A DNA stretch of 64,000 nucleotides from Rhina ancylostomus (lineage: Eukaryota). The position numbers and the translations under genes are program-made. The DNA is taken from positions 13,518,860 through 13,582,859 of the forward strand of contig JARFYF010000119.1 of assembly GCA_030265395.1 (NCBI GenBank). The letters are read 5' to 3'. The first letter of the stretch is position 1. Each line of letters opens with the position of its first letter. This document shows positions 1-12,520 of this stretch, one piece after another. The notes below the pieces were generated by a model. That model was not told where the DNA came from. It was given only the letters and a program-made list of their open reading frames with translations, and ran no database searches.

Positions 1-1050
1 GTAAATCACTTCAATTTTCTCCATATTAACCTTCATCTGCCATGTGTCTGCCCCATTCTACCAGCAAGTTTATATCCAAATGCAATTTAATCATCTTCAG
101 TTCACAATACTAACATGTTTTGCATCATCCACTAACTTGGAAATTGTAGCTTGCAGCCCAATAGCTAGATTTTTGGGCTTAACATCAATCCCTAGGAATA
201 CCACGATTCACCTTGCTCCAGTCTGAAAAAAGAACTTTCACTACAATCCTGTTGCCTGTTAGATAGCCAACTTTGTATCCATGTTCCTTGCATGCCACAT
301 GCTTGAACTTTCCTGATAAGCCAGTTATGCTGCACCTTATCAAAAGTCTTCTGGAATTCCTTGTACACATGGACTAGGATAACCTCATCAACTTGTTACC
401 TCAAAAATTTCTAGCAAATTGGTTAACTAAATTTGCCCTTAACAATCCTGTGCTGGCATGTTATAACTAATCTATTATCTCCAAAAGCTTTCTCATCTCC
501 AAGGTTAACTTGAGTGGGTTGTAGTCATTAGGCTTATCCTTACTTCCTTTTTCAAAAAAAGGGAGTAAAATTTCCCATTGTCCAGTCCCCTGGCAGTACC
601 CATGTATTCTATATGAAAAATTCTAAACAATGCCTTTGCAATTTCCCATACCTCCATCAAAATTCCAGGATGCATTCCATTTGGTCCTGGTAACTAATCT
701 ACTTTGAGTTCACCAACTACTCCGATATCTCCATACTATCAATTATTAAAGAATTGAGTGGCTTAACTATCTGTCCCTCTTTTGCTACTAATTTATAAGC
801 ACCCTATTCTCTGGTGAAGAGAAAGTGCTCTTTAGTACCTCAATATTGCCATCAGCATCTATGTGCAAGTTCTCATTTTTGTCCTCAAATAGGCTACACT
901 CCTCCACGTACTACAGCTCAACTATTTATGCCTATACAATACTTCTGGATTCCCATTTATGTTGGCAACTGATCTTCTCTCGTATGCTCTCTCTGCATCT
1001 CATTTTAGCTTTCAGTTCCCCTCTGATTATTTTGTAATCAGCCTGGTTCT
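1..1050 (-). mobile_element. CR1 LINE ORF2 fragment (decayed)
   Basis: Reverse complement near 335-370 reads VYKEFQKTFDKV (CR1 RT motif VYLDFQKAFDKV). KLVDD (FADD-like) near 120-140. Confidence 0.7.
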
Positions 1051-1089
1051 TACTGGCATTTACAATAATTACTTATAGAATAATTGCCC

Positions 1090-1665
1090 CAATGATAAAT
1101 TCTAGAGAACAGATAAAAGTATTTCTAATTTGATAACAGACATCTCTAGGTAACTGTGTAAATTAGATTAGTCATTTGAAAATTATAGATAATGCACAAA
1201 TCATACTAAAAGCAGATTGATTAATCTTTCTGCAATTTATTGAGCGCAATGCACATCACTATGTAAATTAAACAGTCTGATAATATCCTTTGTAAATTTT
1301 AAAGATATCTCAGCCAACAAATTATAAACTATGAATGGTTCTTCATGTAATTTGAGATAATAGATGAATCTATTGGCAAATCATAGATAAAATCAGCTAT
1401 TATCAGGTTTCCCATTTATGGTCTGTAGATAGTACATAATTATCTGTAGATGATAGATTATGGATAATCCCATTTCTAAATTATAATAATGAAAACCATG
1501 CCTGCAAGTCATAAACAGGAGATAATCACATTTATAAAATATTGATGAAAACAGATAACCCTGCCTGTAAATTGCAGATAACAGATAATCTCACAGAAAT
1601 TCAGAGAATAATAAATTACATCAAGTGATCACAACCAGCAATCGAGCTGAAAGAGTTAGATAATG
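1090..1665 (+). repeat. Degenerate ~30-bp tandem repeat rich in AGATAA (GATA) sites
   Basis: Recurring unit resembling GATAAT-ccat/tgc-CTGTAAATT-at-AGATAAC-A. 16 WGATAR sites counted, 14 in the same orientation. Confidence 0.6.
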
Positions 1666-2044
1666 TAAAACATGGAAGTGAAATTAGGAGATTACCAATT
1701 GTCAATAGATCACCAAAATCATATTGTAGCTCAAAATTACTTTATGATACTGTTTATTTGGACATTCAATGAAAAAGGAAAATTTTAACAAATTTAAACC
1801 CATCAACTGTAACTTTGTGGAATTTAACCTTACATAAATATAAATTTGCTGAATGAACATGCAACTATTTTTAAAATAATGTCAAACAGGATTTTTGAGA
1901 TTTACATCTCATGATCTCTACAGTCTGTTTTATTTCATTAGTTAGAAGTTGCAGTCATCTTTCCCCTAATCCAGCAATTAAATTATAAAAGAGGTTAAAT
2001 GTAACTGTTCCTGAAACCCCAGAGTATTGCAATGCACAACTGAC

Positions 2045-2245
2045 CTGTGCCCAATGCAAGGAGCATGCCAAAATACACTGCTTGCTCATTTCCATGAAGG
2101 TAACCAGCTGGACATGCCTGGATGCTTCTGTGCAGGGCCGATATTGTGACTGGCTTGCACCAGAGAAAGTTAAACTTGTACCTTATAGGACTTGGGACTA
2201 GTACATTAGGCCAGTGCTGTGAACTGTCCTACAACTGAAGCTGAC
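2045..2245 (-). pseudogene. Candidate degenerate ZFPM exon (end of PR-like region to the QLLPQQAGMASILA segment)
   Basis: Acceptor ttctttgtcatttcccag| and donor CAG|GTCAGT; 201 nt. Begins GT CAG CTT (G-Q-L, as in FOG2 GQLWC). With small indels it yields C-R-T, A-S-Q, P-A...I-Q-L-L-P and I-L-A in the order found in FOG proteins. Alignment by eye only. Confidence 0.35.
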
Positions 2246-2344
2246 CTGGGAAATGACAAAGAACATGCAATACAAGAGAATGTGGGTTCTATGTGTTTTT
2301 TGTAAATTCTGTAATGAAGGCCACAGTGGAAGATGACTAAAACA

Positions 2345-3760
2345 AGAGAGCTGTACACAAGCACTGGAGGAGCTCAGCAGGTCAGGCAGCATCTATGGAG
2401 GGAAATATACAGTCATTGTTTTGTGCCAAGACCCTTCATCAGGACTGGAAATGAAGNNNNNNNNNNNNNNNNNNNNNNNNNNNNNNNNNNNNNNNNNNNN
2501 NNNNNNNNNNNNNNNNNNNNNNNNNNNNNNNNNNNNNNNNNNNNNNNNNNNNNNNNNNNNNNNNNNNNNNNNNNNNNNNNNNNNNNNNNNNNNNNNNNNN
2601 NNNNNNNNNNNNNNNNNNNNNNNNNNNNNNNNNNNNNNNNNNNNNNNNNNNNNNNNNNNNNNNNNNNNNNNNNNNNNNNNNNNNNNNNNNNNNNNNNNNN
2701 NNNNNNNNNNNNNNNNNNNNNNNNNNNNNNNNNNNNNNNNNNNNNNNNNNNNNNNNNNNNNNNNNNNNNNNNNNNNNNNNNNNNNNNNNNNNNNNNNNNN
2801 NNNNNNNNNNNNNNNNNNNNNNNNNNNNNNNNNNNNNNNNNNNNNNNNNNNNNNNNNNNNNNNNNNNNNNNNNNNNNNNNNNNNNNNNNNNNNNNNNNNN
2901 NNNNNNNNNNNNNNNNNNNNNNNNNNNNNNNNNNNNNNNNNNNNNNNNNNNNNNNNNNNNNNNNNNNNNNNNNNNNNNNNNNNNNNNNNNNNNNNNNNNN
3001 NNNNNNNNNNNNNNNNNNNNNNNNNNNNNNNNNNNNNNNNNNNNNNNNNNNNNNNNNNNNNNNNNNNNNNTCACAGGTGAAGCGCTGTCTCACCTGGAAG
3101 GATTGCTTGGGATCCTGAATTGTGGCAAGGGAGGTGGTGTCAGGACAGGTGTAGCACTGGGTGCTGTTGCAGGCATAAGTGCTGGGGGGGCATTTTAAAT
3201 CAGTGCGGAGGGACAAGTGGACAAGGGAGTCACGAGAGAGCAGTCCCTGCAGAAAGCAGGGAGGGGTGAGGGGAAGAAGTGCCTGGTGGTAGAATCCCAT
3301 TGGCAAAAGTTGTGGAGAATGATGCGTTGGATGCAGAGCTTCATTGGGTGGTAGGTAAGGACAAGGAGAACCCTGTCCCTGTTATGTCGGGGGAAGAGGG
3401 CAGACATGCAAGAAGTGGAGAAGATGGGGAAAGGGCAGCATTGATGGTGATGGAAGGGAAACCCCAGTTACTGAAAAAGGAGGACATCTCTGATGTTCTA
3501 GAATGGAAAGCTTCATCATGGGAACAGATGTGGCAGAGGCAGAGGAATGGGAGAAGAGGATAGCATCCTTACAAGTGACAGGGTGGGAAGAGGTATAGTC
3601 AAAGTAACTGTGGGAGTCAATGGGTTTATAGGTTAATCTGTCTCCAGAGATGAAGACAGAGGGATCCAGTAAGGAGAGAGGTGTCAGAGGTGGACAAGTG
3701 AATCTGAGGGCAGGGTGGAAGTTGGAGGCAAAGTTGAAGAAATTAATGAGCTCAGCATAG
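2345..3760 (-). mobile_element. Penelope-like retroelement fragment spanning an assembly gap
   Basis: Minus ORFs give HNRDRVLLVLTYHP...IQRIILHNF and IQDPKQSFQVRQRFTC, the RT-to-GIY-YIG linker typical of vertebrate Penelope-like elements. Terminal repeat with a CTGATGA motif at 2442-2436. Confidence 0.75.
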
Positions 3761-4354
3761 ATGCTGTCCTGATCTTATGGAGAGGCAGCAACTCTCCAGA
3801 TACATTCAGGAAGCAGTGGAAGCAAGTGGCTCTGGGGGGTTAAAGCCAGGAGCCAAGCACCAAGGATCCAGTTGCAATGTTTCAGGACATTTAAAAACTT
3901 AACACTTGAGATCAAGGTCACTACATGCATATTCAAAGAAAATAATATACTGTTTTAATTCATCACACTCCTATTGTTCACCTATTATCTCCATCAAACA
4001 GGATTCACACTTAACATTTGTACACGTCCTCACTCTTATGCACTTAGATCCATATTGCAACACTACCTGTTATTCAGCAATAGCAGTCATTAACTATGTG
4101 CAACACATTTCCCACTCTTTACAAGATGAGGTAGCACACAAACAGCCATAGTTGAAACTAACTGAGGTATCTGCATATTTTAAACCCTTACTGGCCATCA
4201 ATGACATGTGTTTCTTAGATTCTGGCCAATACCAGGATGGTACTTGTGCAGTTTGCCTCACCAACATCTGGGACAAGTGTAAATTGGGAGAGCTACACCA
4301 CAGACTTGTCATGTTACAGAAAGTTAAGAGCAAGAGTCCATGATATTGGAGATT

Positions 4355-5345
4355 ACAAAATGGCATTGATTAAGGACTGGCTAACAGGGAGGAGGCAGTG
4401 AGTAGGGAAAAGGGGCCATTCTCAGGTTGGCAACCTGTGATCAGTGGGGTACCACAAGGATCAGTACTGGGACCACAATTGTAAACAATGTACATTTATG
4501 ACTTTAAAGAAAGAAGTGAATGTACAGTGGCCAAATTTACAGGTGACACAAAAAGAGGAAAGGCAAGTTTCAATGATCATGCAAACAGTTTGCAGAGAGA
4601 AACTGACAGGTTAGGCGAGTGTGCAGGAAAGTTGGCAAATGGATTATAATGTGGGAAATTTGGAAGCTGTTCATTTTGGAAGAAACAACAAAACATTATT
4701 ATTTAAATTGAAAAATTGCAGAAAGCTGCAGCACAAAGATTTTGGGATCCTTGTGCATGAAACAAAGCCAGCACACAAGTACAGCAGGTAATGGGAAAGA
4801 CTTAGGGAATTTTGAGCCTTATTTCAAAGGGGTTAGAGTATAAAAGTAGGGAAATCATACTATAACTATAGGCACTAGTGACACCTACAGAACTGAACAA
4901 TTTTGGTCCCCTTACTCAAGGAAAGATTATTTCACTGGAGTCAGTTCAAAGATTAGGATGATCCCTGGTATAAAAAGGTTGTCCAATGAGGAAATGTTAA
5001 ACAGGTTGGGTCTCAGTGCATTGGAGTTTAGAAGAATAAGAGATGATGTTATTGAAACAAGATTCTTAGAAGGCACAACTGGGTAAAAGAGTCCAGAACA
5101 AGAGGGTATGGTCTCAGAATAAGGGAGTATCCATTTAAGACAGATGAGGAAGAATTTCTTCTGAGGGTAGAGAGTCTTTGGAAGGGAATCAATAGTTATG
5201 GAGAAAGCAGACAAAATGCTGGAGGAAATCAGGTCAGGGAGCATAGGGATAATGAACTTGAGCAATGTTACATCAGCATGGTGATAGAGTGACAGAGCAG
5301 GATCAAGGGCCTGAATAGCCTACTCTTGATTGTACTTCTTATGGT
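4355..5345 (+). mobile_element. CR1 LINE 3' portion
   Basis: agtggggtaccacaaggatcagtactgggacca = SGVPQGSVLGP; downstream KFTGDTK; typical CR1 3' tail (gggcctgaatagcctactcttg). Confidence 0.85.
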
Positions 5346-5499
5346 ATAATGGAACAGGACGATACAGTCAATCTAATTGAATAAATCACTTCAGCTATCA
5401 TCCCAGCATTTTCCATCACAATCCCCGTACATCTTTTTCATTCAGCAGGACAGACCAACTGAATGTGACAACATTCACTCAATGATCAGGTCAATCATC

Positions 5500-6600
5500 A
5501 TCATAGAACCAAAGAACACTACAGCACAGAAAAAAGGCCATTTGGCCCTTCTAGTCTATACTAGAAACTTTATTCCACTAGTCCTATTGACCTGCACCCA
5601 GCCCATAACCCTCCAGACCTCTCCCATCCATGTATCTATCCAATTTATTCTTAAAACTTGTGTGAGCCTGCATTTACCACATCAGATGNNNNNNNNNNNN
5701 NNNNNNNNNNNNNNNNNNNNNNNNNNNNNNNNNNNNNNNNNNNNNNNNNNNNNNNNNNNNNNNNNNNNNNNNNNNNNNNNNNNNNNNNTCATCCCCACCA
5801 GCAGTATCCAAAAAAGTATAATTTTTGTTAATGGGAACAGCCACAGGGGTGCTCTGCTCTTTCTGTCTATACCCCTTCCCTCTCTTGACATTTACCCAGC
5901 TACCTGCATTATGACTTTTGGGGGTGACTATCTCCCTGAAACTCCTGTCTATTTCTGCGTCTGCCTCACAAATGCTCCAAAGTTCATCCAGCTCCCTAAC
6001 TCAGTCTGTCAGGAGCTGCAACTGCACCTTTTACAGGTGTATCAGGGACAAGTGTGCCATCCCCAATTTGCCACATACTGCATACAGAGCACTCAACTGC
6101 CCTAACTGCTGCCTTCATTACCTACTCCTATGTTAATTAACTTAATTAAAGGAACTTACCCAGCCTTACCTCTCTGGGAGCAAGCTCATTCTCAGTCTCT
6201 GCTCGCTTAAGCCTCTCAAGCCAAAACTTCACTCCTACCCTGAGCCACTGACACACTAGCCACTCCTCTTCAGTTACCCCTCCTTATATTGGTCCCTGCC
6301 AATTATCTCAAGTACTCACTCCTTCTAATCAACTACTCAACACTCTGTTTAACCTTTCAGTTGCCCTCCACTTATTAAGCTTTTTAAATACACTCACGGT
6401 ACCTGAAAGGATCCTACTGCTCCAAAGACTCCCAGGCTGATTCTGTAAAAGAAAAGCTCACGAAACACACAAGCTTTTTAAGTACACTTGCCGTACCTGA
6501 AAGGGCCCTGATGCTCCAACGGCTCCCAGGCTGATTCTGTTTAAAAAAAACCCTCTGCTGATTAAAACCAACTGTTCTCCCCTGGCTGATGGATCAGTGC
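5500..6600 (-). mobile_element. CR1 LINE: 3' tail (5500-5688) and ORF1/5' region (5789-6600) either side of a 100-N gap
   Basis: catagaaccaaagaacactacagcacagaaaaaaggccatttggccc is a CR1 3' tail in reverse. The right of the gap resembles the CR1 ORF1/5'UTR. The middle is probably collapsed in the gap (inference). Confidence 0.65.
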
Positions 6601-6789
6601 TCCTCTTCAAATGACATGATAGACAGTAATCAGGAAACACACAATAATGAATAATTGGCCTTTGTATAGAAAACGGCATGCTCATTTATAAAATTGGTTT
6701 GGAATGTAGCCATCCCATCAGACAATATGATGGGCAGTGACAGAGAAAAGGTATGCTATGATTAGTTTTTAACAGATTCTGGATCCTAG

Positions 6790-8365
6790 ACTGTTTGCTT
6801 CCTAAGGATTAACTTTCCACGTATTGCCATCATTTGCCCTTTCTGGAAGCCATAGCTTATTCTACTCTTATTACCCTTTCAGGCAATTTAAAATGTGTGT
6901 GGGAAACAGAGGTTTGCTGAGTTTAAAAGCAGCCCAGGAAACAGTAAATTTAATCAGACATTTTGGTTTAAAGTAAATGTACAGTGGCTAAATTTACTGG
7001 CAACAAAAAAAATAAATAGGAAAGCATATTATGAGGAAGATGCAAATAGTTTATGAGATTGGTAAATTCGGTGAATGGGAAAAATCTTAGAAATTTAAAT
7101 GTCCATTTGGGATAAGTAAAACAATGTCATTTAGTAGTAAAAATATTTTAAGTCCATGGGTTGAATGTTAAGAAAGTTAATTTAATAAACAGAGTCATAC
7201 CAGGGCAGCTCACAGTCCTAAAATGCACTTCCTCCTGGACAACCAAACATTCAGGAATTGTCATATATCCGAGGAGCTCGGCCCCCAGATTTAGGGCCCT
7301 GAGCAACAGCCAATATTTCATGGATGGCATATTTCAGGAGGTGAAGAGAGTGCAGGCAGTAAAAATAAACAGCCAGCCAGATAAAAAGGAATAAGTACGC
7401 AGTTTGGGAGACCCTGGAGGGCATCCAACTCTCTAGCCAGTATTCAGTTTTGAATACTGATGAGGGCGAGTATTCCTCTGGAGAATCTAGTCAAAGCCAA
7501 GACCATGCACCATGGGTGGCTCAGCTGTGTAAGGAGGAAGATCAAGAGCAAAATAGAGGGGATTCCATAATGAGGAAAGCAGAAAAACATCTCCACAGTT
7601 GCCAATATGTAGCAAGCCCAACATGAGTGGTGGCAGGGAAAGGCAATTTTGAGTTTCATTTTACAGATTTGCTCATGCAGAAAGGTAGTACAGACTCAAA
7701 AGGCAGGGAAAACACTATTATGGCATTCAAAGTGTTCAGTTAAATTTAGTATATTTTAAGGACAAAATTAAAACTGGAATAAGGATTCTAAATTTAGGTG
7801 AGGACAATGTTACAAGTGAGCTGTGATTCAGCAAAAGTGGAATGGAACCAGTTTTCAATAAAACAGCCTGAGTGCAATGTGAGGCTCTCAAGCGAAGCTC
7901 AAAAGGCTCAGGGTAAATATTGCATCAAAAGGTAAAAATGGGATTGCCAAATCTAGAGCCTCCTGGATGGCACAGTATGTAGAGGGCAGGATGAGGCAAA
8001 AAAGGGAAGCTTATTTCAGATACCAAGAACTTAATCTGTAGAAAGCTGAGATAAATTGAGAAAAAGTAGTGGTGAAATTAAAAGAAAAAAATAGGAAAGA
8101 GAGGGCAAGAAAAAGTATTGTTAGTGAAATAAAAGAAAATCCAAACATGTTTTTCAAGTACATAAAGGGGAAGAGAATAACCAAGAAAAGAATGGAGCCT
8201 ATTAGAGAAGTGTAAGATGCGCATAAGGTTTTTGCTGACTACTTTACAGCTGTCTTTACAAAAGTGGATGATGGTGTCGAAATTGTGTGAAATATTGGAT
8301 GGGATCAGCACAATAAAAGCAGAAGTATTTTTAAAATCTTTAAAAATGGATGAAATGCCAGGCCA
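6790..8365 (+). mobile_element. Old CR1 fragments (RT piece, ORF1 esterase-like piece, ORF2 linker)
   Basis: gtggctaaatttactggcaac (AKFxxD region); ggggattccata (GDS motif of CR1 ORF1); aaagaaaatccaaacatgtttttcaagtacataaagggg (KENPKxFxKYIK). Confidence 0.55.
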
Positions 8366-8374
8366 AGATGAAAT

Positions 8375-9360
8375 CAGAGAATCACTGAGGACAAAAGCAC
8401 AGAATGAGGCTATTTGGCCTTTTGAGTCTGTACTACCTCTCTGCATGAGCAAATCAGCTAGTCTTACTGCCCCATCCTTTCCTAATAGCCTTGTAAATTC
8501 TTTTTTTGCCTCTTTGATACTTAGCTGCCATTTAAATGCTACAATCTTTCTCTACCACCAGCACTGACAGTGCAATCCAGACTCCAACGTTCACTGCGCA
8601 AAAACATTTTCCATTGTGTTACTCTTCTTTTCCCAATCACTTTCATTCTTTGTCCACTAGTTCTGTGCCTCTCCACCAATGGGAACAGTTCCTCTCTATT
8701 TTTACTCTTTGTGATGTTAATTACCTCCATCAGATCTCCTTACAAGAGCCTCTGTTCCAAGGAAAGCACTCCAAACTCTCCAGTCCATCCATGGAACTAA
8801 GCTCCCTTATCCTTGTTACTAATTTTGTAAATACTTTCTGCACCATCTCTAAAACATTTTTCCTAACATGTGGCACCCAGAACTACTCAGGAATCTCCAG
8901 TTATGATCAAACAAATACTTTATAAAGGTACATCATGACTTCTTTACTGTTATATTCTCTGTCACTGTTTACAACTTCCTGGATCTCGTATGCTTTTTAA
9001 AAACGTATTTTCAATGTGCCCCTGCCACTTCCAACAAGGCACACAATAGACCCCTAGACTTCTCCGTTCCTGTACCCCTTTCAGAATCAAGCCTTCTAGT
9101 TTAAATTTCATCTCATTCTTCCAAAATGTTATACTTCATATTTCTTCACATTAAATTTATCTTGCTACCTGTTTTATCTCCTTGAATCTATTACTATCTC
9201 CTTTACAATTCATCATGCCCACAAATACTGTGTCATCTAAAAACTTGGAAATTGTGTCCTGTACAAAGTGCAAATTATTAATATATAGCAAGAAAAACAA
9301 TAGTGGAATTCCCCAGGGTTTGGCACTTGTACTATAAACCTCCTCTAGTCTGAAAAAACC
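8375..9360 (-). mobile_element. CR1 LINE 3' portion
   Basis: Minus ORF 8539..8730 NREELFPLVERHRTSGQRMKVIG matches the CR1 ORF2 C-terminus. CR1 tail near 8380-8440. Confidence 0.75.
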
Positions 9361-9374
9361 TTTAAATATATTCA

Positions 9375-10250
9375 GTTTAAATCCCTTATTTTAAAGGATA
9401 TAAATGCATTGAAAACAGTTTACAGGAAGTTTAATAGGCTGTACCTGGAATGGGGAGGGATAATTATGAGAAAAGATTGGATAGTCTGAGTTAACTGCTC
9501 GAGTTTAGAAGAGAAATGATTTGATTGAAACACATAAGATCTTGAAAAGTCTAAACTTGTCTTGACAGAATGGATGTGGACAGAACATTTCCTCTTCTAT
9601 GAGAATCCAGCACTATGGGGGTCGTCACTGTTTGAAAATAATGGGTTGCTATTTTGGCAACAAATGAGACAAAAATTCTCTCTCTGGGTCATGAATCTTT
9701 GGAACTGTCTTCCTAAAAGTCAGTCTTTGAATATTTTAAGGCAGAGGGAAATGATGTGGGATGAAGGTTGCTGGGAGAAGGCAGTAATGCAGAGTTGAGG
9801 TTATAAACAGATCAGCCATGATTTTATTGAACGGTGGAGCAGGCTTGAAGAGCTACTCCTGCTCCAAATTCCTATTTATCCTATTTCCAACTGCTTAGCC
9901 AACTCAATATCCAAGCTGCTACATTCCCTTTTTACTCCATGGTCATCACCCTTGAAAACAAGCCTATTATGTGGCAATTCTTAGAAGTCCAAATATACTA
10001 CATCAATTACATTTCCCTCAGCAGTCCCCTGTCACTTCTTTCAAAAAGATATTATCAAGTTGCCTTTAAGGAATCCATATGAGCTTTCTCTAATTCATCT
10101 ACACCTGTCCAAGTGACAGTTATACTGTCCCTGGTTATTGTTACTAGAACCTCTCACCATTTAGGTTACGCAGACAGGTTTGTGTTGCCACCTTTTGGAA
10201 TTTTAATTTTCATCTTCAGCCACCACCTGAATCAAAAGGAAACGGAATCA
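9375..10250. mobile_element. Two CR1 fragments in opposite orientation (+ 9375-9870, - 9880-10250)
   Basis: gatttgattgaaacacataagatcttg (DLIETxKIL) and tail gatcagccatgattttattgaacggtggagcagg on +. RT motif agaagtccaaatatactacatc (DVVYLDF) on -. Confidence 0.65.
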
Positions 10251-10276
10251 AAATTGGCTCAGTGGTAGGAATGATA

Positions 10277-10570
10277 AGATATCTTTATTAATCACATGTA
10301 TATCAAAGCATACAGTGAAGTACATCTTTTGCATAGTGTGTTCTGGGGGCAGCCCACAAGTGTCGACACGATTCTGGCGCCAACATAACATGCCCACAAC
10401 TTCCTAACCTGTACGTTTTTGTATGTGATAGGAAACCGGAGCACCCAGAGGAAACCCACACAGACACAAGGAGAACATACAAACCCCTTACAGACAGTAG
10501 CCGGAATTGAACACTGGTCACTGGCGCTGTAATAGTGTCACGTTAACTGCTACCCTACTATGCCCTGCCT
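10277..10570 (-). mobile_element. tRNA-derived SINE with V-SINE-type core
   Basis: ggaaaccggagcacccagaggaaacccacacagacacaaggagaacatacaaac is the V-domain in reverse. B-box-like ggaattgaacac. A second copy lies at 50850-51048. Confidence 0.85.
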
Positions 10571-10729
10571 CTACACTACCATGCCTGCCCCAAGTCTTTT
10601 TTTGTGAAAGAAAGGCTGTTACCACTTTGATTTCTCAAGACTCAATACTCAATAGTCAGTACCTTGCTTTTTGTTCTAAATATTACTGACTTAGACATTT
10701 ACGTTGGGGATTAAATAAAGAAATTTGAA

Positions 10730-11200
10730 GATGATACAAAAAATTGGCAATGTGGTTGGCAGGGAGGAGAAAGGCTTTAAGATGCAGGAAACTGCAAATG
10801 ATCAGGTCAGATGGGCAGAAGAGTGGCACACAGAATTTAAATGCCTTCAGGAATGTGCAACATGGCAAGGAAATATACAATAAATGGGAGGATATTGAGA
10901 TGTGTGAAATGATGGAACCTCGAAGTGTATGTCCACAGATCCTTAAAAGGTAGCTGGTCAAAGAGAAAGGGTGACTAATAGAAAATGGAAACAGAATACA
11001 GCAGAGAGGTCATGCCAGAACTATATACAGCATTTGTTAGGCCACAGATTGAGTATTATGTATAAGTTTGACCTCCATATTGTAAGAAAGTACTGGAAAG
11101 GATGCAGAGGAGATATACAAAGATATTGTCAGGGCTGGAAAATTTTAGCTTTAAGAAAAGACTGGAGTTATTTTCTTTGGAACAAAAGAGATTGAGGTGA
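10730..11200 (+). mobile_element. Decayed CR1 fragment
   Basis: gaagatgatacaaaaattgg (xDDTKI); ttgttaggccacagattgagtatt (LVRPxxEY). Confidence 0.6.
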
Positions 11201-12214
11201 ATAAATTAATTATTTTGGAAATAATCTGGATTTTAAAANNNNNNNNNNATTTTAAAATATGATTAGTTGATATTAAGAAAACCTGATCTCTACAACTGAT
11301 GTAAATAGTGAAATAAGATGCATCATTAAGATGTCCTCAATGAAATGCAGTCGAAAGGAGATACTGTGCTATACATATAAACTCCCTATTGCCAAATGAA
11401 ACAGTTCACAGAAACATGTTTTCCCACTAACTTTAAAAATTACAGAGCAAATGAAGCTCATTTCATTAAATGTAAATTTATGAAATTTGTCACTTTCCTG
11501 AAATTTTCTGCTCCTTTCTCTTTGATTTCAACTTTCCATCCTATGTGGGAAATATGTAAGAGATTTAAGAAAAACAGCAGATACCTAAACTGACAGAATC
11601 ATCTCCAATTAACACGATAAAGTAATTTCAGCTTCTTCATCTTTCTCACAAAGCTTCAATAGGACCAAATTTTAAAGTTGACACTAACAAAAATGTCAGC
11701 ATCTTCAAAGCAATGCAATGTGACCTGTACTTCAACAATCCTAACAGTTCAATTTGGATCATCAAGATCATCAGCATTTTATTAAGTTTTAATGATGAGA
11801 ATCAAATAATAAAAATAAACTGAATAAATCAATTCTTTATGAATTTATTGACCATCACCTAAGGGTCTTTCAATCAAGTAATTATTCTGATGAGATAACT
11901 TCAGGCTGAATCATCATTACTACTCCTGGTAGTTTCAATCAATAATAGCAGCATTCAGACATGTAAAAGGCAATGAGTCTGAAACCTCTGCACATCCATT
12001 GTGAAATGTGTAGGTGATTATTGGCAAGGTGAAGTGTGTAAACAGGAAAATACTAACATCAGTGAAAAGCACTGAAAGCTAATTATTTTGCTGTTGAATC
12101 TTTCAGTGTAAGTAATTTTAGTGGATTCTTAATGTTAAGCTACAGAAATATACAAGAAATACAAAAGTAAACTCATCAGGAAAGGATGCAGAGAACAGGG
12201 ATTTTGTTCCTCAA

Positions 12215-12520
12215 AAGGCGGCTGAGAATGGACTTAATAGAGGTCTTCAAAATTATGAAGGGTTTTGATAAAGTGGATACAAGGTAAATGTTTGCATTTC
12301 TGGAGAAGGGCATAACTTGAGGCCATCACTACAATAATGTCACCAAGAGATGTAAAGAGGGAATTCAGAAGAAACTTCTCTACCCAAGCAATGGTTGAAG
12401 TGACTAGTATGGATGTATTTAAGGAGATGTTGACAAGCATATGAGAAACAAGGAAATAGAGGGTTATGCTGATAGATTTAGTTAAGGAAAAATGGGAGGA
12501 AGCTCAAGTGGAGCACCACT
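12215..12520 (+). mobile_element. CR1 3' fragment
   Basis: gacttaatagaggtcttcaaaattatgaaggg = DLIEVFKIMKG. Confidence 0.7.

Noticed and set aside
2333-3306. Long ORFs of 200-320 aa in the track (also 50987-52046 and others containing X runs)
   Set aside because: Artefacts of translating through N gaps. The real flanks are TE fragments.
11583-11690. Minus-strand TLKFGPIE (PR-domain-like) near a TAG|GTATCT donor
   Set aside because: Stop two codons later, no convincing acceptor, and similarity too short.
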